NCBI GenBank assembly: GCA_964016885.1 | Contig: OZ024742.1 | Span: 329,592,001 to 329,656,000, forward strand | Direction of reading: 5' to 3' | Length of the DNA stretch: 64,000 nucleotides | From: Eledone cirrhosa | Lineage: Eukaryota | Shown: piece by piece, positions 1 through 12,432 of the stretch | How positions within the stretch are numbered: the stretch's first letter is position 1 | Layout of the letters: every line of letters starts with the position of its first letter | Notes under the pieces: generated by a model | The model's database searches: none | What the model saw: only the letters and a program-made list of their open reading frames with translations | Told to the model about the DNA's origin: nothing | Made by a program: the position numbers and the translations under genes

Positions 1-220
1 TGCACCCGCGATTCTCAAGGTAATAAGTGGATGACGAAAAGATCTCTATATATATATATATATAACAAAGGAATTGTGGTAAGGAACCAGATGGACCATA
101 ACGCATCAGAGTACTCAATACTTAGGAGAGTAGAGTGGGAAATAGGAAAACATAGTCAAGGAATAGCCATCGAAACGGCTTGAGCTCTGCCGTCGGGTTC
201 ATACGTTTTCCTATATACAT

Positions 221-307
<87 letters not shown>

Positions 308-443
308 AATGTAATCTGAGTTTTTCGAATATTGATAATAACATTCAATTCGTTTGCAATTATGCAATGAACCTCTTTTTTAAAGCCATGTCAGTAGAAT
401 GAGCCCCCCCCCCCATTCTTGGTCTTGTGTTGGCATACAAAAA

Positions 444-493
444 GAACTGCACACACTAATGTTTCTGGGTATCACCCTTTATCAGTGCAGTTC
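444..493 (-). ncRNA. Degenerate type I hammerhead ribozyme
   Basis: Minus strand: gaactgca CTGATAA a gggt-gat-accc a GAAA CA-ttag-TG TG tgcagttc; perfect 8-bp stem I; core and cleavage triplet mutated. Confidence 0.65.
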
Positions 494-788
494 ACTGTTT
501 ACCTGCTAGATGTCAGATCTAGTGAACATATATGATATTTTTTTAATATACAGTGACTGATCAGCCTCATTTGCATGTTATCAGACTGGCTGATCACTCT
601 GATGTGGATATATTCTATATATATATAAGTGTGTGTGTGTGTCTGATGGTAGCTAAGATGCTTCCATAGGCGGTGTGCCGGTTCTATTAAATATATATAT
701 ATATATATATATATTGTTATACTTTGGGAGGGTCAATATCGGTTTCAACACACGATTTCAGATGAATAATCTTTCTAATCAAATTCAG

Positions 789-859
<71 letters not shown>

Positions 860-863
<4 letters not shown>

Positions 864-1525
864 AAAGTTATATTTAAAATTGTTGGGTTACAACTAGTAA
901 ATATTTATAACTGATATAAAAGCACTCGACAAATATTTGGAGTATATTTACAATATTAAATAAATGGAAACTATATTTATAAAACCATATTTATTTCATT
1001 ATATATATTTCGGGGATATCATATTAACAATATGCTATGCCTTCCTCAGACAAAATACAATATAAACAGTTTTATAGATAAATAGATTCGACATACCGTA
1101 ACAACACCGACTTGCATTTGAAGAGGTTGAGCTGGCAGTGAAAAAATTTTACACAGAGAGAAAGAAAGAGAGAAAAAAGAAAGAAAGACAAAAAACGAAG
1201 AAAAGGAAGAAAAAGAAGAAATGCATGGAACAAAGTAGAGAGATGGAGAGATAGATAAAGAGAAGAACTTCATGTAAAGAAACAGAAAGATATATATATA
1301 TATAGAGAGAGAGGAAATAGAGATATATACATATATATATAGAAAATTAGGTAGTGGGAGGTCAGTTGAGTAAATATATCAATGATACATTTATTTATTT
1401 ATTTATTTATTTAGCTCTAGTATTAATGTAAGGGAGATATATATATATAGAAAAAATATAGAGAGAGAAAAAATAGCGAGAGAAAAAATTTAAAAATAGC
1501 CAGATATATTCGAGGCGTAAAACCC
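860..1525. repeat. Pseudo-LTR direct repeat, copy at the 3' end of PLE1
   Basis: Matches 4695-5364 apart from microsatellite length and a few substitutions. Confidence 0.95.
992..1057 (-). ncRNA. Minimal hammerhead ribozyme in the PLE1 pseudo-LTR
   Basis: tattttgt CTGAGGA aggcatagcatatt-gtt-aatatgatatcccc GAAA TATATATA atgaaata. Confidence 0.75.
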
Positions 1526-2433
1526 TATGTTTTAATGTATTAGTATTTATAAAACTTCCACTATATTGTAAATATCAGTATTCCTGAATGAGACAAGTAT
1601 CCATAGTGTGTGAAAATTAATTATCGGATGTTTAGTTTTTTAAAAAATTCATATGTTTATGTGATAGCTACAAACATCCATGTGAATCCACATGATCAAC
1701 TCTGCAAACTCTAAGTTCACGGAAAACATTCTCAATGTGGTATAAAAATTTGAGTATACATATATGTGTATTATTATTCCTGTCTTTACTCTACAAGATT
1801 ATCTATCAGGCAGAAATAGAGTGCAGATTTCAATATACTAATAAAAATATATATCTGAAACAAAACTAAAAAAATAACAATAATAATAATAAGTAATAAT
1901 AAAATAGAAAACTAAAAAAATATTACGAAAGAATATTACATATTAAAAATATTACATATTAAAAAATTTACATATTAAAGATATTAAAAATAAAATAATA
2001 ATATAAAAATAAAATTAAAAAAAAAAAAAAAAAAATATTAGAAAATACTACAATAATAAAAAATGAAAATAAACCACAAAGATCAACCCTTCAAAATTAA
2101 TTGACAATATATTGCCAAGTTCATTATAAGCATCAGAGTCGAAAAACAGACAAAGCCAAAAATTATCTATCAAATCACATCTAGCAAATATCATTTCAAA
2201 AAGTTTATGATGCCCAATTTGGTCTACATGTGTTCTTATATTTAATATAGAGGTTTATCTAGTGTAAGGTTTATTCAAAATATTTGGAGCATCAGCTTTT
2301 AGGGTAGTTTAATTTTTCATGAGGAATGTTTAAATAAAAATAAAATAAAAATAAACAATAAAAAAGAATAAAAAGAAGGAATCAAAGATTTATCGGCTAG
2401 TTTCCCATATAAATATAAATCAGACTAAATATA

Positions 2434-4647
2434 CTACATTTTAAATTTAAATTTATATTTAAACGTTGAGTTTAATCTATGTTTGCAGCAACTGAATAAA
2501 TTTGTCCGTAGATTAAGGGAATTTTTAGATTTTAGTATAAAGAATATCTCCTCTGCGCAGAGGTCACATGTCTCAGAGGATGAATTAAAAGGAATTCCTC
2601 TTGAGACTATATTCCAAGCCGTCGAATATCTAACGTTATCTAGCTTAAGTTGCCAGAGTACGCCTGATAGTGCCGTTGAAGATGTTTTGCTTGGATCTGT
2701 GAAAGAATTCTTGTGGTTATTATAGCGAAGTTTAAATTCCGTCGATGTGGAACCGACGTAGTTAAAAGAATTAGAGTCAGTATTAACATTACAATTGTAT
2801 ACTATATTTTTAACTAAGCAGTTGTTATTTAACGGACATTTAGATCTATCTCTACAGTTACATTTGTTAACTTGTATATTATTTATGCTATTATCACTAG
2901 GTTTTAAGTTCCTTTTATTTATTCTATTAATATTTTGTGCTAAATTTTTGGTGGATGAGTAGGTTAATTTAATTGTATGCCTATTGAAAATTGAGTGATA
3001 CCTATGTGTTCTAGGGAAGCGATTATCAAGAGCTTTGAAAAATAGTTTAGCGATGTGGGTTTTAATGTTTAGTGAGAAAGGGGGGGCAAACCAAATTATG
3101 TTCCTAGTTCTATTTCTTTTTTGGCCTTTGGAATTATTGTAATGCTTTCTATTATAGTTGTTAAGGTTGTTGCCGTAATTAAAAAAGTTGTTACTTTGTT
3201 TAGTTTGTCTATCATTATCTATGTACATAATCTTATCAGCATATCCTGCTCTAGCTAATGCTTCATTATAGTATTGGGTCTTTTCGTCGAAAATCTTTCT
3301 ATTCGACGAGATCCTAGAGATACGTTTTTGAACAGAGTTTACAATAGTGTTTTTGACAGATCTGGGGTGGTTAGAGTTAAAGTTGACATAGTTTAAGTTT
3401 TCATTCAACTTGTGAAAAGGATAGTGGAGACATGCCTTGAGATTTAATGTTATATCTAGGAAATTGACTATTCTATGGTTGTTCTCAATTTCTATTTTAA
3501 GATTAAAGTAATTAAAAAATGTTGTAATTTGTTTACATTTTCTATTTAGTTCAGGGTTATTATTATTAATAAGTAAAAGCATGTCATCTCTATATAAACC
3601 TCCGGTAGTACCAGGTATTTTCCTATGTAGCGAATTGATTAAAAATAAGCCCACAAGGTCAGTTACCTGAGCTGAGTCGGATGATCCCATAGTTATGTCA
3701 AAATTGCTATCTCTATCTGCTCTGGTCCATAATTTGTCATTAAATTCTATCAAAGTTTTCCTAGCCGATAATATAATATGCATTTCTTTGCTAGTTAGGT
3801 CAGTATGTTTGAATGCGTAATTTAGTGCCTTATTTAGTAGACTAGGGGTAATAGAAGAATAATAGTTAGCTATATCAAGTTGAATAAACCTATTATTATT
3901 GTTATATTTAATTTGCTTAAACCACTCAACAACCTCTCCAGTTCCCTTCCACAAGCTCAGGTTAGATACACAATCTAAGTTCTTAATTTGCAGTATCACC
4001 CTGTCAAGAATGTTTTTGCTTAATTTGCCCAGGTCCGATTTTGATGGTGCGATCAATCTAACTGGCAGGTCATTTTCAAAATTCCTCTTGTGATCCTTCA
4101 TACTGATCTTCGGTTTCCTGGGCACGAAAGGTTGTGTTCTGTTCTCAATTTCCAACTCGTGCATTATACAAGATGCTTCGACATTCATTTTCTCAAGTTC
4201 GGCCTTATCTGCTACCTTGTACTTTTTCCTCAGCTCTTTCAGTATAAGGCCATTATACATGGCTTTCTGCACTCCATAGAGGTTGTTGGTCTTGTCAGAT
4301 TTCACCAAGATCTTCTCAGTTTTCTCTAAGCTCTCAATGTTATCCTTAATGCCTTTCAGATATTCCTGGCCTTTGAAGTTTCTCTTGAATTTGACGCCTT
4401 GTATGATAGAAATTATATCGTTTTCAAAGTCAGATAAAAGTTTGTTAGGGGGTCGATTTCTTTTAGATTTGAAAACTTTGTTTAAGTCCGAGACATTTTC
4501 GTTTGCATTAGATTTATCAAAGTGGAATGCACGCCACCTGATTCTCCTTATAAAAGAGTCAGATTTATCTATTAATTGTTTTATAAAGTCTTTGTTTCTA
4601 GGTAGAGGTATGTCTTTTAGAGAGGAAGTAATCTTAAAGAATTCCAT
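2434..4647 (-). CDS. PLE polyprotein: reverse transcriptase + GIY-YIG endonuclease, intact 737 aa
   Basis: N-terminal SLKDIPLP..RRIRWRA; KSDKT; RT motifs QLDIANYYSSI, TMGS, GGLYRDD, NFLDI; CNC-x5-CPL linker; IVY..YVGST..FKLRYNNH; C-terminal CDLCAEE. Confidence 0.95.
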   Translation of the reverse strand: MEFFKITSSLKDIPLPRNKDFIKQLIDKSDSFIRRIRWRAFHFDKSNANENVSDLNKVFKSKRNRPPNKLLSDFENDIISIIQGVKFKRNFKGQEYLKGIKDNIESLEKTEKILVKSDKTNNLYGVQKAMYNGLILKELRKKYKVADKAELEKMNVEASCIMHELEIENRTQPFVPRKPKISMKDHKRNFENDLPVRLIAPSKSDLGKLSKNILDRVILQIKNLDCVSNLSLWKGTGEVVEWFKQIKYNNNNRFIQLDIANYYSSITPSLLNKALNYAFKHTDLTSKEMHIILSARKTLIEFNDKLWTRADRDSNFDITMGSSDSAQVTDLVGLFLINSLHRKIPGTTGGLYRDDMLLLINNNNPELNRKCKQITTFFNYFNLKIEIENNHRIVNFLDITLNLKACLHYPFHKLNENLNYVNFNSNHPRSVKNTIVNSVQKRISRISSNRKIFDEKTQYYNEALARAGYADKIMYIDNDRQTKQSNNFFNYGNNLNNYNRKHYNNSKGQKRNRTRNIIWFAPPFSLNIKTHIAKLFFKALDNRFPRTHRYHSIFNRHTIKLTYSSTKNLAQNINRINKRNLKPSDNSINNIQVNKCNCRDRSKCPLNNNCLVKNIVYNCNVNTDSNSFNYVGSTSTEFKLRYNNHKNSFTDPSKTSSTALSGVLWQLKLDNVRYSTAWNIVSRGIPFNSSSETCDLCAEEIFFILKSKNSLNLRTNLFSCCKHRLNSTFKYKFKFKM

Positions 4648-4694
4648 TTTTCCAGTTATAATATAAAGCGCTCAACAGTATTGGAGCAAGATAC

Positions 4695-5364
4695 ATGGAA
4701 AGTTATATTTAAAATTGTTGGGTTACAACTAGTAAATATTTATAACTGATATAAAAGCACTCGACAAATATTTGGAGTATATTTACAATATTAAATAAAT
4801 GGAAACTATATTTATAAAACCATATTTATTTCATTATATATATTTCGGGGATATCATATTAACAATATGCTATGCCTTCCTCAGACAAAATACAATATAA
4901 ACAGTTTTATAGATAAATAGATTCGACATACCGTAACAACACCGACTTGCATTTGAAGAGGTTGAGCTGGCAGTGAAAAAATTTTACACAGAGAGAAAGA
5001 AAGAGAGAAAAAAGAAAGAAAGACAAAAAACGAAGAAAAGGAAGAAAAAGAAGAAATGCATGGAACAAAGTAGAGAGATGGAGAGATAGATAAAGAGAAG
5101 AACTTCATGTAAAGAAACAGAAAGAGATATATATATAGAGAGAGAGAGGAAATAGAGATAGATACATATATATATAGAAAATTAGGTAGTGGGAGGTCAG
5201 TTGAGTAAATGTATCAATGATACATTTATTTATTTATTTATTTATTTATTTAGCTCTAGTATTAATGTAAGGGAGATATATATAGAGAGAAAAAATATAT
5301 AGAGAGAAAAAATAGCGAGAGAAAAAATTTAAAAATAGCCAGATATATTCGAGGCGTAAAACCC
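4695..5364. repeat. Pseudo-LTR direct repeat, copy upstream of the PLE1 ORF
   Basis: Matches 860-1525; ends 47 bp from the start codon at 4647. Confidence 0.95.
4827..4892 (-). ncRNA. Minimal hammerhead ribozyme (PLE1 upstream pseudo-LTR copy)
   Basis: Identical to 992-1057. Confidence 0.75.
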
Positions 5365-5406
5365 GTAAATTTTTATTTTTTTTTTTTATTTTTATTTTTA
5401 TTTTTA

Positions 5407-5437
<31 letters not shown>

Positions 5438-5444
5438 TTTATTT

Positions 5445-6485
5445 TTATTTTATTTTTAATATCTTTGATATGTAAATTTTTTAATATGTAATATTTTTAA
5501 TATGTAATATTCTTTCGTAATATTTTTTTAGTTTTCTATTTTATTATTACTTATTATTATTATTGTTATTTTTTTAGTTTTGTTTCTGATATATATTTTT
5601 ATTAGTATATTGAAATCTGCTCTCTATTTCTGCCTGATAGATAATCATGTAGAGTAAAGACAGGAATAATAATACACATATATGTATACTCAAATTTTTA
5701 TACCACATTGAGAATGTTTTCCGTGAACTTAGAGTTTGCAGAGTTGATCATGTGGATTCACATGGATGTTTGTAGCTATCACATAAACATATGAATTTTT
5801 TAAAAAACTAAACATAAGATAATTAATTTTCACACACTATGGATACTTGTCTCATTCAGGAATACTGATATTTACAATATAGTGGAAGTTTTATAAATAC
5901 TAATACATTAATACAGGGTTTTACGCCTCGAATATATCTGGCTATTTTTAAATTTTTTCTCTCGCTATTTTTTCTCTATATTTTTTCTCTCTATATATAT
6001 CTCCCTTACATTAATACTAGAGCTAAATAAATAAATAAATAAATAAATAAATGTATCATTGATACATTTACTCAGCTGACCTCCCACTACCTAATTTTCT
6101 ATATATATATGTATCTATCTCTATTTCCTCTCTCTCTCTATATATATATCTCTTTCTGTTTCTTTACATGAAGTTCTTCTCTTTATCTATCTCTCCATCT
6201 CTCTACTTTGTTCCATGCATTTCTTCTTTTTCTTCCTTTTCTTCGTTTTTTGTCTTTCTTTCTTTTTTCTCTCTTTCTTTCTCTCTGTGTAAAATTTTTT
6301 CACTGCCAGCTCAACCTCTTCAAATGCAAGTCGGTGTGTTACGGTATGTCGAATCTATTTATCTATAAAACTGTTTATATTGTATTTTGTCTGAGGAAGG
6401 CATAGCATATTGTTAATATGATATCCCCGAAATATATATAATGAAATAAATATGGTTTTATAAATATAGTTTCCATTTATTTAAT

Positions 6486-6491
<6 letters not shown>
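5445..6491 (+). repeat. Inverted copy of the PLE1 3' region
   Basis: Reverse complement of ~949-1996; the spurious ORF MKFFSLSISP appears three times (1046-, 4881-, 6168+). Confidence 0.93.
6383..6448 (+). ncRNA. Minimal hammerhead ribozyme (PLE1 inverted copy)
   Basis: Same motif on the + strand: CTGAGGA at 6391, GAAA at 6429. Confidence 0.75.
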
Positions 6492-6537
<46 letters not shown>

Positions 6538-6731
6538 TTCGTTTCTGAATTTGTTTAGAAAGATTATTTCACAATATATAAATTACACAATAATCAAAAC
6601 TATGTTCAAATCGTGCTGACAATCGTTTCTTCTTTTTGGAAACAATCACCAATGACCTTTCCTGTTTACAGTTGTATATAGTGTATATATAACTATAAAT
6701 AATATTATTATTATTACATATATATATGTAA

Positions 6732-6930
6732 GCGCAGTGGATTGGCAGTATCGGTAGTGGGTCAAACGCCATGCTTTGACTCATAGAGTTACGACCCTTG
6801 CCATTCTGAGTTCAAATCCCGCCAAGGTTAACTTTGCCTTTCATCCTTACGTGGTCAATAAAATAAAGTACCAGTAATTTACTGGGTAATTTGCTGGCCT
6901 TGTGCCAAAAGTAGAAACAATTATTATTAT
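6732..6930 (+). mobile_element. tRNA-derived SINE
   Basis: B-box GAGTTCAAATCC; body aactttgcctttcatcctt..aataaagtaccag..ggccttgtgccaaaagtagaaac; (ATT)n tail; at least 5 copies in the window. Confidence 0.8.
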
Positions 6931-7334
6931 TATATATATATATATATGTTTATATATATATTCCAAACACAGCCACAACCTAGGCTTTGAGACCATCATC
7001 CTCTCACCTTCTCTCTCCCTTCCTTCTGTGGCCTAAGAGTCCTTGCTTTTTACTGTATTTTCATCTCATTTATGGTATTTATAGACTCTCTACATTCGCA
7101 CAAGGACAGATCTGCCTTTCTTTACTCCCTCCGCTTTTTCTCATTATTTAATTCTGTTTCCATCTCTTTTTTTTATGAATGATGTAAACATCAATGGTTG
7201 TTAAGACAACTTTGTGAAGAAAGATGCAAATATTTTTTTTAAAATAGCAGAATCATTAGCTTATCGAACAGAAAATGTGTAATAATAATAATAATAATAA
7301 CAATAATAATACTTATTATTATTATTATAATGCT

Positions 7335-9329
7335 TTCTTTATTAACCACAAGGGTTTATATTAAGTAGACATTAAGGACAGTACAGAACAATACAGGAAG
7401 GTACAATTTGGCATTTCTGCGAGTAAAAAACAAAAACTGAGTATGTAACAAAAAAATAACAATGAAAAATTCCCCAATAGGGGGGAAACTTCAGAGGGAC
7501 ATTTGTGGAGAAAGCCCAGTAAAAGGCCACAGTGACCCTGACCACCAGAGCAAGTGCCCTCTCCCAGTTTTCCACCTTTAATTTACAGACACATACTCAG
7601 AGTAGGCCCATTCACTCGGGCCCTACTTGCTTCTCTCACCCATCTTTCAACAAAATGCTGGGAAGAGAGCACTTCCCTCTCTACCCTTATTTTCCTTTTC
7701 AAATGAAGAAGAGGTAAATGCTCGTCTTCAGCCCTTTCAAACGAGTCAACCATACTATCTCTTTCGCCATGGCCACCAGACAGATAAAAACTGCCTGCCT
7801 TTCCCGCTAAAGGAAGAGGGCGGGGCAATCCTCACGATGGACTCAGCTGATAGCTGGATGAGTCCTACACGTGACAGCAGGTGTTCGACATAAACCCACA
7901 AGTCAGCAATGATCGGACACTGGACGAGTGCGTGCAGGACGGTTTCGTCGCCCTGCGCGCATCTCGGACATTTCACCGCTGACGGCACCTCCATGCCAGT
8001 AGAGTTTATCCCGAACTGGCAAAGCTCCTCGGTAGCACTGCCAGGCCAGGGATTTCTGGAAGTTGTCCATAGGCCCCGGCCCGAATGTTCTTCCGAAGAG
8101 ATTGGCTAGTTGATTTTCGAGGACGCCTAGAATTTCTCCAAGTACCTTCGTGTGCTCTTCCCCTCCACTAATCCTCTATAGAACGCCAAGGTGGAGTTTC
8201 TGCCGAACACATTGCCCTATTGGTCGAGGGCTGTGAGCGCCTGAAGACACTCCAGTCTCCAAGCGCTCCCTCACGGTCTTCGCTTGACCCAGGACTGTAG
8301 CTCCGTCAAGGAGACGGGCTGGGGAAAGACGCGTCTAGCAAACGGCGACCACACCTGATCACCGTCGATGAAGAGGTGGAGATGTCGTAGCCTGAGCGCG
8401 TGTCTGCGCATCATCAGCCACGGCAACCCCCCCCCCCCCCACACACACACACACACGTAGCGGGTGTTGACAGCAGATGGACCGCCTGAACATCGGAGCG
8501 CGTCCCTTCCACAAAAAGCGAAAGAGCAAACGCTCCAGCGCAGTCAGGCGGGGCTTAGGACAAGGTACGATAGTCAGGGGTAGTAAAGGACGGACGCGAT
8601 GTACGCGTTAGTCACCTCCGCTCGACCTTTCAGGGATAGCTTCCTCTCGTCCCATTTCTGGGTGAGAAAGCCACCCTGCTTGTCACTTCGTCTCAGTTTT
8701 CGTCTGTATGGAGGTCCGCACCGAACCAGACCCCTAGCAATTTAACCGGTCTGTCCGTCCAGCGCCCGACGACGATGTTGGACGGCATGGACGTGCCTCT
8801 CCAGGTGCCGAGCTGCAGGCCCACTGACTTTTATTGGTTGATCATTGCTCCTGTTACCGCTTCGTATTCTCTTAGTGTAGTGCCGATCGCCTCGATGTGT
8901 TTGGCGTTCGACACCACTACGGTGACATCGTCCGCATATGCTGACACGGATCTTCCGCATCCTAGTTCGCGCTTGAACCTCCTCAAAGTCTCCATTTTGT
9001 GCAGTAATGGCTCGAGAGTCAATACGTACAAGAGGGACGAGAGGGGACATCCTTGACGGACCGAGCGGATGATGTTGAACGGTTCCGAAAGGTGACCGTT
9101 CACTCTCACCACAGAGCAGATGTCGCTGTGCATGGCAGCGATTCAGCCTCTGAAGACGGGCCCATAGCCAGCCGCCCTGAGGACTGCCGCTAGGTAACGA
9201 TGGTCGACCCTATCGAAAGCTTTCGACTGATCTAAATTGATCAAGGACCCACCGGTTGCAAGGTTCCCTAGCTACCCTCTCTACGATGTATCGCATGAAG
9301 TGGAGGGTGTCGTGGATGGACCTGTCGGG
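7335..9329 (-). mobile_element. 5'-truncated Tx1/L1-clade LINE
   Basis: Homologous to ~26900-28905; QGCPLS and SAYADD; flanked by 14-bp TSD attattataatgct (7321-7334 and 9330-9343). Confidence 0.92.
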
Positions 9330-9699
9330 ATTATTATAATGCTACAAAATACAAAATATTGCACTACTAGGCACTGTAGACATATTACGAAAACAACTAT
9401 CAATAAAATAGAAACAACAATAGTAAAACTACACTGCTCATACCCAAGGCGCGCAGATCTGTGCCCGGTAAGGCAGTCATAATGCGCGATTTGAAAAAAA
9501 AAATAATAATGATAATGCCACTAAACTATTACTATTTTGGCAGAAGGCAATTCAAATGTGTTGAAAACTTGAGATTTCAAAGAAAAAGCAGAATACAAGA
9601 AGGGAAAGCAAATTGAATCTGAAAAATAAAAATATGTTGGGGTAATTTTATAGTTACATAGAATCCAAATCTCATTTATAAAAGAGGTGACTAAGGCTG

Positions 9700-10460
9700 C
9701 AGAAAATTGACCTTAAACCAGAAACAAAAGCTATGATTTTTTCAGCGGCAGGAGCAAGTCATGAGAACACGTTATGTTAAATACAAGATTGACAACTCAG
9801 GTGAAACAGAAAAGTGTAGGATTTGCGGAGAAAAAGGAGAATATATGTGGCATATCACGAGCCAGTGCAAAAAGCTGGTAGTGAAAGAATAAAAGCGACG
9901 CTATGATGACGCAGAAAATATTATTCATTTTCAGTTATATGGAAAATGGGGTCCCGAAAGAGCAGGCCAACGGTGTGCTATGAGCACAAAACTGAACGCG
10001 TTATAGAAAATGACAAAACAAGATTGTGGGAATTTGAAGTTCAATATCACTTATCAATTGACCTCTCCAACCAGATATAATCAACAATGTTATTAAACAA
10101 TATTTCATTGGAGATGCAGATTCGTTCAACTGACAATAGGGTTTGTAACGGAGAATTGAAGAAGACTGAGAGATACGAACGATTTGCATGGGAGATAACA
10201 TATTTATGGGCAATGAAAAAGAGGTGATACCATTTATAGTTAGGGTTCTTGGTTCGGTCATCAGAAGAATTGAAAGCTATTTTTTAAAGCATCTGCCAAT
10301 ATCAGGTTGGGCCCCTACAGAATACAACACTCCTTGGAAAATGCTAGAATAATTAGAAAAGTTCTTGGCAATTGAAGGTACCGTCTCAGTTCTCTGATCG
10401 TGGATACCTGGCACCAGATAACATCACCAGCAACATATAATATGAGAGAAGCGGGTAATG
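9700..10460 (+). pseudogene. Decayed 3' part of an R4/Dong-like non-LTR retrotransposon
   Basis: Translates in pieces to QEQ.MRTRYVKYKIDNSGETEKCRICGEKGEYMWHITSQCKKL and VIPFIVRVLG; parallels 32985-33624. Confidence 0.7.
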
Positions 10461-10759
10461 ATAATGATAATGTCATGTCGCTCTCTAGGGCTACTGGTAA
10501 CATGTAACCAAATACTATCGGGTTCATCGAAAGGTCGTTGGCGAGTAAAGTGTTCACCGAAACAAACTTCCTTGGTGAGGATAGGCATTTTCGACTCTTG
10601 CGGAATAGAAACAAAAAGAACCCGTCAAAGGTTGGAGGATTTCAGGTAAAGGAACAGCAATCCAATAATTTATTTATAGGTATATTTATTTTATTTATAT
10701 ATTTGTATATATCTCATATGTTAGTGTGTGTTTTTGTGTATGTAAACACATACTCACAC

Positions 10760-10832
<73 letters not shown>

Positions 10833-10934
10833 TAAATTTGTGTATGTGATGGTTGTTTACCGTCACCTCAATATGCAGGCTGGAGCACTCTACGAAGTGC
10901 GCAGGTTGGTTGGTTCACTCCGGAGTAATTTAAA

Positions 10935-11073
10935 ATAATTGTTTCTACTTTGGGCACAAGGCCACCAATTATCCCAGTGTATTACTATTACTTTATTTTA
11001 TCGACCCCGTAAGGATGATAGGCAAATTTAACCTCGGCGAGATTTGAAATCAGAAAATAAAGGGCCACAACTC
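10935..11073 (-). mobile_element. tRNA-derived SINE (partial)
   Basis: Reverse complement of the 6732-6930 body. Confidence 0.75.
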
Positions 11074-11087
11074 TTCTTACAGTAATG

Positions 11088-11137
11088 TATAATGATTTCA
11101 GTGACAGCCATTATTGGCTGTGACCTCATCAGGTAGT
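11088..11137 (-). ncRNA. Hammerhead ribozyme motif (core intact, stem I lost)
   Basis: CTGATGA ggtc acagcca-ataa-tggctgt cact GAAA TCATTATA. Confidence 0.6.
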
Positions 11138-11276
11138 AATAATTAAGGCAGAAAAACAGGAAAACATGATGTTGTAATGGGTTCTACCCTGTTAATTCAT
11201 CGATATGTCAAGCTCCTGTGTGTTGTTAGTCCTCAAAGGAACTGGTATCATATTATATTATATATATATGTGTGTG

Positions 11277-11330
<54 letters not shown>

Positions 11331-11413
11331 GAGAGAGAGTGTGTGTGCTTATGTGTGTTTGTATGTGTGTGTGTGTGTGTGTGCGTGCGTGCGTATATAT
11401 ATATATATACACG

Positions 11414-12432
11414 CATGTTGATAATGATGATGATGGTGGTGATGCTGGCAAAGATAATTGTTTCTACTTTAGGCATAAGGCCAGCAATTACTCAGTGCAT
11501 TACTGGTACTTTATTTTATCGACCCCGTAAGGATGAAAGGCAAAGTCAACCTCGGCGGGATTTGAACTCAGATCGTAAGGGGACGTAACTATGCTGGAAA
11601 GCATGGCGTCCGACCCTCTACCGATACTGCCAATTCACAGATAATGGTAATGGAGAAGCAAGAGAATGAGGGGAATGTATGGGAACTGGGAAACATTGAT
11701 ACAGCCATGTTTGTTATTTTAACTGTCGGCGGTGATGTATGATGTGAATGTTAGTATATATATATCTATAATTCATATTATATGCCTAGAAATGTTCATT
11801 GAATTGACTGAATCCTTCGTTGAATGGCCATATGTGGCTTGCCAGATTCATGGACAAGCGCATACAACATACATATTCGGATCAGATACCGAAAAGCATC
11901 CAGTTCATTTAATTTTAGCAATTCCACCAATACACTACCTTGTACAGGTACTAGATTATTGAACCTGCAATTGTAAAAATTAATAAGTTAAATATGATTT
12001 CAACTCGAGGATTTGAGAATCCTGACAATTCGCCACTTTAAGATGAATCCAGTGCAAATGGACATGTGATGTATCAGATAAGGGGGCTTCCTTTATCATG
12101 AACCTCAATTTTAAAGAAGATATAATAATAATTTTGGAAGGAAATATTAGAATATTTCGTTGGCAAATAATACAACTTTGAAAATGTCATATATTCTCAT
12201 GAAGAATAAAATAAGGTTGACGTTATTTCGTAATAACACAGAAATGAAGAATCCACATTTCCAACATTATCAGCATCACTAACATTCACATCAAACATCA
12301 CCGCTGAAAATTAAAATAACAAACATGGCAGTAGCAATGTTTCCCAGTTCCCATAAATTCGCCCCTTTCTCTTGCTTCTCCATTACCATTATGTTTGCCA
12401 GCATCCCCACCATCATCATCACTATCAACATG
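11414..12432. repeat. Inverted repeat (arms ~11414-11755 minus the SINE, and 12278-12432)
   Basis: ggtaatggagaagcaagaga..gggaactgggaaacattg..gtttgttattttaa is mirrored at 12310-12390. Confidence 0.8.
11455..11637 (-). mobile_element. tRNA-derived SINE inserted in the left arm of an inverted repeat
   Basis: Full SINE head and body; agataat on both sides. Confidence 0.8.

Larger units (their letters stand above)
860..6491 (-). mobile_element. Penelope-like retroelement 1 (Naiad-like) with direct pseudo-LTRs and an inverted 3'-end copy
   Basis: ORF 2434-4647; near-identical direct repeats 860-1525 and 4695-5364; 5445-6491 is the reverse complement of ~949-1996; (TA)n on both flanks. Confidence 0.93.

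Noticed and set aside
122-914. ORFs rich in YIYIYI (also throughout 10538-13789 and 35218-46904)
   Set aside because: Translations of (TA)n, (CA)n, (GA)n and triplet microsatellites
2195-2330. Hairpin in the PLE1 3' UTR (tgatgctccaa/ttgggcatca) considered as SECIS or second HHR
   Set aside because: The ORF has no in-frame TGA, so there is no selenoprotein evidence; the CTCATGA core is non-canonical and stem I is unconvincing
1046-6405. Thrice-repeated ORF MKFFSLSISP
   Set aside because: Pyrimidine-rich pseudo-LTR sequence; repetition reflects the DNA repeat and one copy is frameshifted
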